A stretch of 64,000 bases of DNA, from assembly GCA_977030845.1 (NCBI GenBank), contig OZ365110.1, positions 10,540,001 through 10,604,000 of the forward strand, read 5' to 3'. Below the pieces are notes generated by a model that made no database searches, was not told where the DNA came from, and saw only the letters and a list, made by a program, of their open reading frames with translations. Positions 10,414-22,400 of this stretch are shown here, one piece after another; the first letter of the stretch is position 1, and every line of letters starts with the position of its first letter. Both the position numbers and the translations under genes were made by a program. Source of the DNA: Fimbriosthenelais zetlandica. Its lineage: Eukaryota.

Positions 10414-13400
10414 CTGGTAAGGGTTTGGTCTTTGGTCTTTCTACAGGCATCTCCCTCCATGTGTCTTGGTCTTCATGCCCTCTTGATAACCAGTGTGCAC
10501 ATTTGAAGATGTATGTTTCATTAGCGTTGACATCCCGGAGTTTAACCTGTTGATATTAAAAGTCGCATTAGGAAATCACTGTGACAGTCAATTTGGAGCA
10601 GTGGAATCGATAAAACTGTTTTGTAGCAATGGAATGTACGAATCAATTATATTCTCAGAAGAAGAAAAAATTCAACATCAACCACTGGCTCATGTATCAC
10701 GTATATTAAGACCTTTTGTTTTATGCATCTTTCTTTGTCAATAAAAGTTTTTAAAAATCATAAATTGATTTCTTAGTCTTTCCTCGCGGCTTATATTCCG
10801 GCAAATACGGTATTATCGCATTCATTATTATAGAAAGTCGGGTGCGCATTTTCATACATTTCGCGAGGTCTTTTAGCTGGAACTTGTGACAAATTTTTGA
10901 AAATTAGTCACAACATGGCACAACACAACAAAGGCTGCAATTTTCCATGAAAGATTACTTAAAAATAACACAGCAACGTCTTCCTTTTGCATGCCATGCA
11001 GTATCAATTTACTTTCCGTTGTAAAATCAAAAAGTTACGTACCTCTTCCAGGAACCAGCCTTGTTTGACGTCGGGATTGTCATGACCAATCCTGATTTTA
11101 TACAATTTTCCAATATCCTTTTCATAATTGATCTTAAACTCGTCCAATTGACCAGCCCTGAAAGGTTCCTTACCACTGACCGGCTGATCTAATAGTATGG
11201 GTCTGGTGTGGTCTTTATCACCATAGGCTATTAATACAATGTCAGCCTTACTTCCCATGTCCTTCTTATCACCAGTCTTAATCCATGCTCTCCATTCATG
11301 TGCTGAAGAGTAAAAAAGACTATCAGAAACATAAAGTCGTCACCAAAATTGATTATTTGAAAAACATTTGGGATATCAGAGAGATAGGGGGAGACCTAAG
11401 GGGAGAGGAGAGATAGAGCAAGCAAGAGACTGAGAGGTCAGGGGGACGGTCAGAAGAGAGAAAGAGAAAGTGAGTGATAGAGAGGGAGGAAGAGGGAGGG
11501 AGGAAATATCACAGAGCTGCCGACAAATTTAATCTAATGTACAAAACCTGGAACACACTAATCCGATTCTCTATCCGGCGCCATCTAATAGCTGTCCGAA
11601 ACTATATTTCTATTCAAACGAAATGCTTGTATTAGAGTTGTTCCCTACTCCCAACAGTTGGACGTCCTGAAATGAAGAGGCAAAGCCAAGAAGGGTCTTT
11701 ACTATATCAGGCTCATAACCAAACAATCTCTTTTAATTGGACACGTCAAAAATAAACTAAACCAGCCTGCCTGCAGGAACAGCAGGGCTGCATGCATGGT
11801 GTCGGTTAGGCCAGAATAAATCGTTCTTTTTTATACTGGCTAGTTATTGTTTAATTTATAGGAAATTACTAAGACAAAAAAACAGATTTACCCACATGGA
11901 AGAGTGCTCAATAAAACTGACTATTTGCGTTACGGTAGATAGGTCTTTTTTTGCAGTACTAACTTAGATTCATTGGATGATTGATTCTGGTGAAATTAGT
12001 TTATGCAGCCTTATCCAAATACAATTGGGAATCCTCATTTACATACCCAAATACAATTGGGAATCCTCATTTACATACGACAGTAGCAAGCAGTGCATGG
12101 GCGTCTACAGTGGGAAATACTGTTGTCCTACAGTTGGATCCTACAGTAGCTACAGGCTAGGCTTCAAGTCAACATGAGGGACAGGGTAAGAGGAACGATA
12201 ACAGATCAGGATGTAACAGCCTACATGGAAGCAAACCTCTATGGCAATGATTGGAGTTTTTAACAGCCGTCATGAGAATCTGACCTTTTTCGAGGACTTC
12301 CCACAGGATTACCCGGCCAAAGTACCCATTAAAAACCAGGAGAGCATATCTTAAAATTTGTTTACAAACCAATTATAAAATTTTCTACATGTAGAATGAC
12401 ACAATCTCTTCATTGGATATATACCCTTTTTTACCTTTAAGTTTTCAAGGAGGAAAATGTGGAAAAGTAACAATTCTCCTTGAAATAATATTGAGGATTA
12501 GCCTACCTAACCACTCCAGTCCATTGCTCCCCGGACGGATTAAAGAATCGGGTTAGTGTATTCGAGGCTTTAGACTAAGAAAGACAAAGAGTCAAAGAGA
12601 AAGACAGAGTGATGGAGAGGGAGGAAGTGTCAGAGAAGAAATATCACAATGACATAACTGCCTAAAAATTTAATCTAATGTATAAAGGGGAATAAATTAC
12701 AGTAATTTCTATGCATTTTAACATTTTCTCGGCTCACATATGGTTATTGCATCTTGGTAAAACTAATATCACTTACGTTGAGGCTTTTCCTCTTCTTGTA
12801 CTGGCACTTGTGGTATAGCAATGGGACGATAACCTGAATTATTTAAATGATCAACTATGAATTAGTTATGTTGCATTCTACATGATTTATAATAATATTA
12901 TACGAGTTATATAATCTACAATGTTATTGGGTGCTTTCCAAAATTTAGAATTCATTAATAAATAAGTGTCATAACTGGTTAGAAAGGTTATAGTTTGTAT
13001 GATATTATTTTCAAATTATTATTCAGAGTAAAGACATTTCTGGTTGGTGCAATAAAATGAGAGGAAGCATGAATGTCACACATAGAAAAATTCATTTCTA
13101 GAAAAGAAATTCTATAATATAGAAAATACAACTATTCATCATCAATAACGTCAAAACATCAAAGAATGGAAAATCTCAGAAAATGGAGAAGCTGAAACAG
13201 AATATTATCATTTCTAATCATGTGATTGATCTGCAAAAACTGCATATATTGACTTCGGGAATAGTTCATCTGTATAATTTATCAGTTGAACATGAATATT
13301 TAGGAGACTGGAACAAAATATCGCGCTGCTGTAAAATTATAGGTAAGTGTAAGCCTACATGCATGCACATAATTGAGTTGAGGATAAATAATATTAGTCA

Positions 13401-16400
13401 TTAGTCATGAAAATGTCCCCTCTCTGAAAAACCACAGTTAAAATAATTATGAACAGAATATCCATCAGAATACAGCCTATGTGTACATTGTAGTAAAAAC
13501 AATATATATTGTCGATGGTTCTTTCTTGAAATCCTCAAAAAGGTAATTTACAGATCAACATTTTTTATCAAATCCTCAAATGGAGAAAAGGTATTTTGTC
13601 AATAAAGTGATTTCCAATATTTTCGCCGAATGTCGATGCCTCCCTAAATACATTTTTGCTGAAATCCTTAATGGCCCGTGTCCACGAGGCGACAAAATAC
13701 ACATTTTTTGTAGCTGAGCCCCAAAAATGCTGTCGCTGGCTTTTGTAGCTGTATGAAAAAGACACAAATTATTGATGAACAAAATGATTACTAATAGAAA
13801 GTCGCTACGTGAGCCTGATTTCTCAGCGAATTAGTGCTTAATTAGGTCGGCGCCAATGTTAGGGTCATCAAAAGTTAATTAGGTCATGTCGCTGACAATT
13901 TTGTCGCCTCGTGGACACGGGCCATAAGAAGGGAAAGGGTCGATATAGAGCTACATGTATATTTCTTTCTTGAATTCCTCTTTCACTGGATCATAATATG
14001 AAGATGCCTCTGTAAAAAATTATGATCAAAAAACCATTACGGTATACAGTATGGATCAGAATAAAAAGTGCCACCTCTAAGAAATTCAATAATAAAATCC
14101 CTTTTTCAGACCACTCAGAGATAATATGTTTGGATCAGATTAAAGCCACAATGAAAATAATGAAGACATCCCAAATATTGGTATGGGGAAAAAAGTTTGA
14201 AAAGGGAACTGAAAAATAAAACTCACCAATATACGGTAATTTGTCATTCACTTTCACCCAACCTATGTTCCACACCAAGGAAAATTATATTCAGATTAAC
14301 AGTCTTTAGAATCTATGTAAAAAAAGATGCGCTGCATCAGTTTGAAGATAAATGATTCAAATATTCTTGCAAATACACGCGGTATACTCCCTTCCTAAAT
14401 GGACTAAAACACTCACCAAAACTTAACATGGTTGTTAATTCCCTGGCGACTTTGATCCATCCTATCACAAAATCAATGATTTATTAGCATCTGTATCACT
14501 ATCAGTCTTCAATATTTCAACCAAAATAAATAATTCGGACTTTTAAGTGATATACTTTGGAAGATAAATGAATCAACCCTCACCAACCCATTAGAGATTA
14601 ATTTGGAATGGAATCGGATGTTCGGCACTTGCCATTATAATCCCTTTCTAAATGGACTAGAACACTCACCAAAATTTAACATGGTTGGTAATTCCCTGGC
14701 AACTTTGTTCCATCCTATCACAAAATCAATGATTAATTAGGATCTGTATCAGTCTTCAATATTTCAACCAAAATAAATAATTCGAACTTTTAAGTGATAT
14801 ACTTTGGAAGATAAATGAATCAACCCTCACCAACCCATTAGAGATTAATTATAGGAATGGAATCGGATGTTCGGCACTTGCCATTATAATCCCTTTCTAA
14901 ATGGACTAGAACACTCACCAAAATTTAACATGGTTGGTAATTCCCTGGCAACTTTGTTCCATCCTATCACAAATTCAATGATAACTTATTAAATAGCAAC
15001 CAAATTAAACAATTTAAACTTGTTTTGCTTATAATTCTCTCCATTAAAATTCAAAAAGAAAAAGTTCAAGAAGTGACATCAAAATATGACTGTCACTTAC
15101 CAGCACTGTTAATGCGTGTCAAGTTGTCACCGACTTTACGCCAACCTTGACGAATAATTAAAAACATTTTTCACAAACATTTGTATGAAATAGAAACGGT
15201 TAAACTATATCTTAATGGCTCTGCAGAGAGTCGCGTATTCACTAGCGAATTCACTGGCGGATAACCATCCCGCTGGTTTTCCGCTAAGGGCCCTAGCGAA
15301 AATTGAGACTAACACCTTGCGAAAATCGTAACCATGTTCAGACTTTCAGGGCATTTAGACGCACGTAAATTTAATTGCGTCTGAAATCATTAGTGTTTGC
15401 AGAACCCTTTACAGAGCTGGAACGTTCTTGGAATGTATGTTTTCTGGAAGTTTTCTGGGATTCCAGGCTGGCATATAGAGGGAGGGCCTCAGATCATTAT
15501 TTAGGCATCAGGCATCAGTAAATATTGTGGAGGCGCTAAACTATTCCAATTTAACTTATTGCAACCACCATAGGCATACATTGCACTCACCTCCATTTTG
15601 AATTTGGGACAGATTTTCACTCAATTTGTTCCAACCTTTAAGACAAAAGCAGAATGTTGTTTCATTGGCTATTCAAAATTATTTGTCAAAATAATTAGAT
15701 ATTATTTTCTGGGGAAAAACTATTTAAAAAGTGACATTATTGCCACTTACCAGTATTGTTTATGTGAGTCAGGTTGTCACTGACTTTACGCCAACCTTTA
15801 CGCCGCAAAATAAACCAAAATAATTATTTACATAGTCATAATTATCCCTCAAAATTCTTCAAAATAAGCATGGGAACTCTCTCATATATGGATTCTTAAC
15901 CAAATTGCTAATATACCATTAATAGCAAATTAAGTAATATGCCATTCCATGGCTAGTTATAGGCACTTACCAGAGGTGCTTATATGTGGGATGTTAACGG
16001 TAACTTTATGCCAACCTTTAAAAATAACAAATAATATGATTGTGAAAATAGTAATGGCCACCCTGGATAAAAATCCAGTATGGAAGGGAATTAATTTGAA
16101 CCATAATAATTATATAATCTGTATGGGACGAAAATGAAATGTTTTTGTAACTTTTTTGTTCATTTCCTGCTAACAATTTTTGAGTGGGCGCACACAATAA
16201 TTTTTGTAGCAGATGAAATGAGAACTCACCCCTGTTCAACATATTATGCAGGTTGTCATGCACTTTGCTCCAACCTTCGATATTCAAAATTTGGGTAAAA
16301 AAGCGGAATATGTTATAAGCTTTGACACAACTCATATATTTCTTAACTAAATACGCAACAGGTAGTTGCTTCTACAATTCTCCCTTCCAACAGCTCTGCA

Positions 16401-19400
16401 CAATTCCAATTTTCATCATAATTTTAATACTTTTGATACCCAAAGATCTATACTTAAATTACATTTAAGAGATTTTATTGGATTAATTTAGGTTTTCTAG
16501 CATTTTGCGAAGAATATAATAAATTATAAACCCTATTATACTAGACAAACTATCATCATTTTATGTCAAATATATTGAAACTCACCATTTTTCGATATAG
16601 CCGATAAGTTCTCATTAGCCTTTTGCCAACCTGTTGTATATTACGTAAACACAATTATAAATTTCATGAAAAAAAAAATTCATGAAAATATCAATGAATC
16701 TTTTATAAAAACCAACCTCGAGGAGAAATACTGCATCCAAAAAAAACTATTTCAAAAAAATTGTGTAATAAAAGATCAAAAACCCAAGATTCCCCATTCA
16801 GGGGGAAAAGTCAGAGCATAGATTTCATCCAAAAGAAACTGGAGGCAGTAAGCAACAAAGATTCAGAGACACGAAAATGACGAATAAGAGAATAATGTAA
16901 AAAGTAAATGTTGACTGGAAATTTTACTGACAATCTTTGCCTTTAAAATCTTCTGAGTTGTATTTGACTGATGGTTTTCAAAATCCAAATTCCCTGATTT
17001 TCCAGTGGTAATTTCCTGCATAGTTATATTGGATATGTTTCCACTTGCAGTTGACTGAATTATTGTCCATGATTTTCGGATTCTCTTTTACGAATTTCCT
17101 GAATTTTCCAGGACTGGAAATAGAGAAAATCACGTTCCCCGATTTCCATGTATAATGATTGGAACCTTGAATGCTGGATACTTAGCATTGTCTTGCACTG
17201 TTTTTTTTTATCTTGGCAAGGAGGACAAAAGCGTTTTTCAATATTGTATAAAATATTCAATTCAATAAAATATTCACCGAAAAACATGCTCTGAAAGAAG
17301 AGGTTCACACATAAATACATGCATATAAATACCACTCAGCTCACCCTGAGAATTTATCTCAGTTAGGTTCTGACTGACCAGTTCCCATCCAGATCTTACT
17401 ACATTTGTAAATGAAATAAAACATAACTTATTTATCCAGCCTGTGATTTCTGTATCTAAATCTTGTGATTTCGATGCCGAAAAGTAATAATATCTTGCTT
17501 TGCTTGATGTCCTACTGCGGACGTTGATTTTCTAATAATTATGTTAAAATTACACATGACTGTCTATCATCTTTATCTTTGCTTATCTTCTAAACACGTT
17601 CTGCTATTAAAGCCTTATTAATCAGTAAATCTGTCCGATCTACAATATGTTTTTGAGATTCAGCATATCAGCATAGTGATATTTTAAATTTGAATCATTT
17701 CAGGGGGTTTTTCATGCAGAGTTGCTCACCTTTCATTGGATTCAGGTGAGATTTTACTGCCAGAGCTGCTCTAAGCATTTTCCAGCCCTGATTTTTTGCT
17801 ACATAAAAATAATGTGTATAATTTAATTACTATATGGTAAATAAAAACTATTGATTTCCATAGGAATTATTGTCATCTTAGACCGCTTTTCCAATTAAGT
17901 TGTATATATTCAGTCATGGAAAAATACCAATGAACTTCAAAATTTCAAAAATCTTCAGAATTATGTGTCTCACCTTTGGGTAAACTTAAAGCCTTTATGG
18001 CCTTCAAGTGGTCATTGACACTAACCCATCCATTTCCTCAAAGATAAAAGCCATTATAGATTATAATGCAAATCATATATGCATGAGATATCTTTAGGCT
18101 GAATAATTTGAATTATATTTGAGTGGGGAGTTTTTCATGCAGATTTGCTCACCTGTTATTGGCTTCAGGTGAGATTTTAGTGCCTGGGCTGCTCTAAGCA
18201 TTTTCCAGCCCTGATTTTTTGCTACATAAAACAATGAGCATGAAAGAATTTAACTACCATATGGACATAAAGAATTTCATGAGAATTATTGGTGTCTCAG
18301 ACCACTTTTTCAATTACGTTTTTATATTAAGTTAATATAGTCAGTCATGGAAAAGACCAATTTATAATTTCAATAGCCAAAAGCAATTATGGCCTTGAAG
18401 TGGTCATTCACAGTAGCCCGTCCATTTCCTCAAAGGTAAAAACCATTTAGTATATCAACAGATTTTGGCTTGTAATAAAAAAAAGTAGCCTGTGTTGAAA
18501 TAGGCAGCGTTCAATGATATGAACTAATGAATATTATTTCCTATTTTTGCAACATCAGATTGCTTTCTAGAGATAAGCAAGTCTTAATGGTTGTAACTTG
18601 TAACCATTCTCACATTTTAGTTCTCCTTGCAAAATATCTGGCAGGTGTTCAGCAACTTTCTGCCAACTATTTGGTTCTACAGAAAATGTATTCATTTAAA
18701 ATTAAGTTAATGATACTGCTATAGAGTAAATTTAAAAAAAAAAAACCTTTCTTCCCAAAAGACCCACACTAGTGAAAATACACGAAATAATATTAAAGTT
18801 TCACAGAATATACTAATTGCTATTTTGTAACCGTCCCAGATAGATATGATACCAGAAAATAAAAAGGGATTCAATTGCTGAGACATTATACATGAACACT
18901 CAGGAAATAACCAGGGAAGAACATCTAAGCCATGTAAATCTCACCAGATTTTGCATTGATGATTTCTGGCAACTTCTCATTGATCATACTCCAGCCATTC
19001 GGCTCCGACCCTGTTCACAAATTGATAATTTAGCCATGATGCACTCTATCCCCCCATTGTACAAGGAACCTCGCCAATGGCGAGAGCTTAGCGAATAAAG
19101 TAGTTTGCTCATTTTAATGCCTCTACCCATTTAAATAGTATTTTCAGCCATTGTGACAACCAACCCCTGTGACAACCAGCCCCGGCCTCCCCTACAATAT
19201 TAGGATCTAGATAAACAACAGTATGTTAATGGGGCAAAGCAAAAGTATCAAAACAGAAAGTTCACAAGGTCTGAAAATGCAAAAGATGTTAAACGGATGA
19301 AATCAAGGGCTGAGCAAGAAATAAACAAGTTGTTGTATACAGTGCTCAGCATAGAGGTCCATCCATATTCTAATTCTGTAATTAAGTGAATAAAAGTAAG

Positions 19401-22400
19401 AGCTTCTTTCTCTCCGGGCCAAGAATGTTCAACGAAAGCTAGGCACAGACATAAGGATATACATGTACAGTCGGTTCACTCTATAAGTCCGTGTCATCTA
19501 TTGCTGCTCAAATTCTGGAAAATGAAATAGACTAAAAAGTTTCAATTTGAAAGCATGCAGACATTCCATGTAGAAAAAATCTGAAATTAAAGTACACTGG
19601 GATATTTTCTTGACGCATATCAAAAGAAGTAGACAGTCAGGCTAGCTACCATATGAATGGCTGACATATAATAGTCCTGCGGTCGTTAATACAATGCATG
19701 TTAGTCGGCAGAAAAAAATACAAATCAGATCACTTACCTTCACAGTATAGAACCGTCTCAGTGATCCTTTCATCAATACCAGTGTCAAGCCACCTGAAAC
19801 AAAATTTAAAATTGCAATTTATTTGATTCAAGTCAGTGATTAACAGTATTAAAAATACTTTTAGGTCCAGTTCTTATAAAACTGCTTTCTTATAAAATCC
19901 AAGACAAAAAATTCAAAAAGTGTTTAGCCAAGGCAAATCATATACACGATAATTGTGGTAAAATTATTATTTTCCATGCGTTCTTCAAGAGATTGACTTT
20001 CCATGAGTAAAAGAATGAAGAATTTGAAGAACATTGACAGTTTTCATATTGGCCTATATATGTGACCTGTTTTCATGAAAGGAGTCTAAAGTCGCACAGG
20101 GCCATTCGGAGCTACAGGCCTGAAAGCGTTGTAAACAAACCACTTATTTCTCTTAGCATTTTCGCAATAAAAGCAAGGATGCGATATTTTTACTATTTTT
20201 GTGAGAGAAATTGAGAAAAGTTCAGCTTTGTGTGTGTTGTTCCTTCAAGATTTCTTCCAGTAGGTCTGAAATTGGCATTTTCTCTAGTTTCTGCAGTGAC
20301 TACTTTTATTCTTTGAAATTTTATAAGAAATAATGTTTCACATCTCCTTGCACTATACATTTTTGCGACTTTAGACTCATTTCGTGAAAACACGTCACAT
20401 TTCTGTAAAACTGATTTATTACCTGTTGCACATGAAGACCCACTCATGAGTGGGTTTCTGGCCAGGCTTGCTGATCTCTCTAATGATGACTTTCTCACAC
20501 AGCCAGCCCTCTCCGGGATCCAATCCATCATGGGCCACGGCGCACTTATTAATGTCTCCTAGACAAACTGCTTCTATCATGAACTCGTCACACTGTAGTG
20601 AAAAAACAAAGGTCAAAGTTAAGCGAGTTGTCTATTTCATGCCAATTTTGGAGTCAACTTGAATTATAGAAATCTTTAGGAAAACAGCGTAGAATCAAGT
20701 CTAAAGCAATGGTATTCAGAAATCAGGCAATACAAATATCGAAAGATTCATTATGTATACGTGACCATCTTTTTTGAGTGGGTAAATGATCGATAATAAC
20801 TTGAGAATTAGTCCTGGAATGCATGAATGCATGTGTATCCTAATATAATTCAAGGGTAAATAGGATCCACAAAAGTAAAGTCCTGAAATCATGAAAGAAA
20901 ATTTGAAATTTCAAAAATCGGGCAGTTGAAAGAAATTTGCCTTTGTGATAAACACATTGAAAAGATAGGAGAAAAACAGACCCCTCCACGTTCAAAGCAA
21001 TCTTTGGTGGTTGGTAGTAGGTGTCGCTTTCCCCAATCTCCCTTTTCGCCAAAAGCGATCATGTAGACATTGGCGTCCGTATCGGCACAAGGTTCATCAG
21101 CCGTATAGACCAACACCTGGTATTTCACCACTAGATAATAACAAAATAAAACAATCTTTTAATATTTTATAGGCGTTAATTAGGATATTTTTTACGAATT
21201 ATTCAACCCCTTCACAATATCTGATTCTCAACAAAAATGGACATAAATAAGGAATAATGAATACAAAAAAAATATTTTCCTTTTGATAGGGTAATACAAA
21301 CAAATGAACACGTCAGTCCATGTTTCAATACATTTTTCTTAAAAATACAAAAGGCCTATCAGATATATCTTAGAATATTTTAACAAAACATGTGGACGAT
21401 AGGCCTAATTAAACTAAATGGAATGCTAATAGAAAAACTGGAGATATATAACTTGTCTAAATTTTCAATAAAAAGAATCAATTCATTAGTGAACCAAAAC
21501 AAGTTTACGACAACGTCCGACAAATATTGATGATGGTGCCCTGTTATCTAGAATGTTTTTCTGTAGAATTGTCATGCAAGCATCAGCATATCCATAGAAC
21601 ATTAAATTTGAATCAGTTGAATACATTCAAAATTATAAGTAAAAATATAATTGCATAATGTAGGATGTTAATTAGTGTACCGAATGCATGACCAAATCAA
21701 TTTAAAGATATTAATATGTTTCTAATTTGTGAAATATATGGAGTATATACAGTTGGCGGTAGAATTTTGAAAGCATGCTTATTGGCAAAATGTTTCATTT
21801 GCTCATGATAACCACAACACAAAAGCAAAACTTTAATAGAACTAATCGATTTATGCTTTTGTTTTTGGCTTTATTAAAAACACAATTTTACGAATAAGCA
21901 TACAATTCATTTTAATGGGTTTCGGATAATGCTGCAGCCAACCGCAGAATATACTATAATAATTGATGTTAATGTTACAATGTGTTGCATGCAGAATAAT
22001 GCGTTGAATATGAAAGAAAAATCTTTGTTTTACAATGAATTACATTGTCACAACATTTAGTTGCAAACCTTTACGTCCCGCTACGACTCCTAGAAAGGGA
22101 CATAAAATATTCCAAAGAATGATTCAAATTTTAGAAATTGACAATACTTATCATCATTACAAGGAGGTGAAGCCTGGAGCACACTAATCCGATTCTCTAT
22201 CCAGCGCCGAATCGATAGGTGTCTGAAACTATATTTCTATTCACACCAAATGCTTGTAATTTGAACTGACATTTACACCTAGCTAAAGCTAACCACTGAA
22301 ATTGAAAACATTCCGATCATTATAGATGCCATTAGAAATGGGGATCGGCCGGCTACGGATAGGAGAATCGGATTAGTGTGTTCCAGGCTTAAGTAGTGAA

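Noticed and set aside
14227-16630. CRISPR-like repeat/spacer array
   Set aside because: The context is eukaryotic with no cas genes; the recurring units are splice-bounded coding cassettes with irregular spacing.
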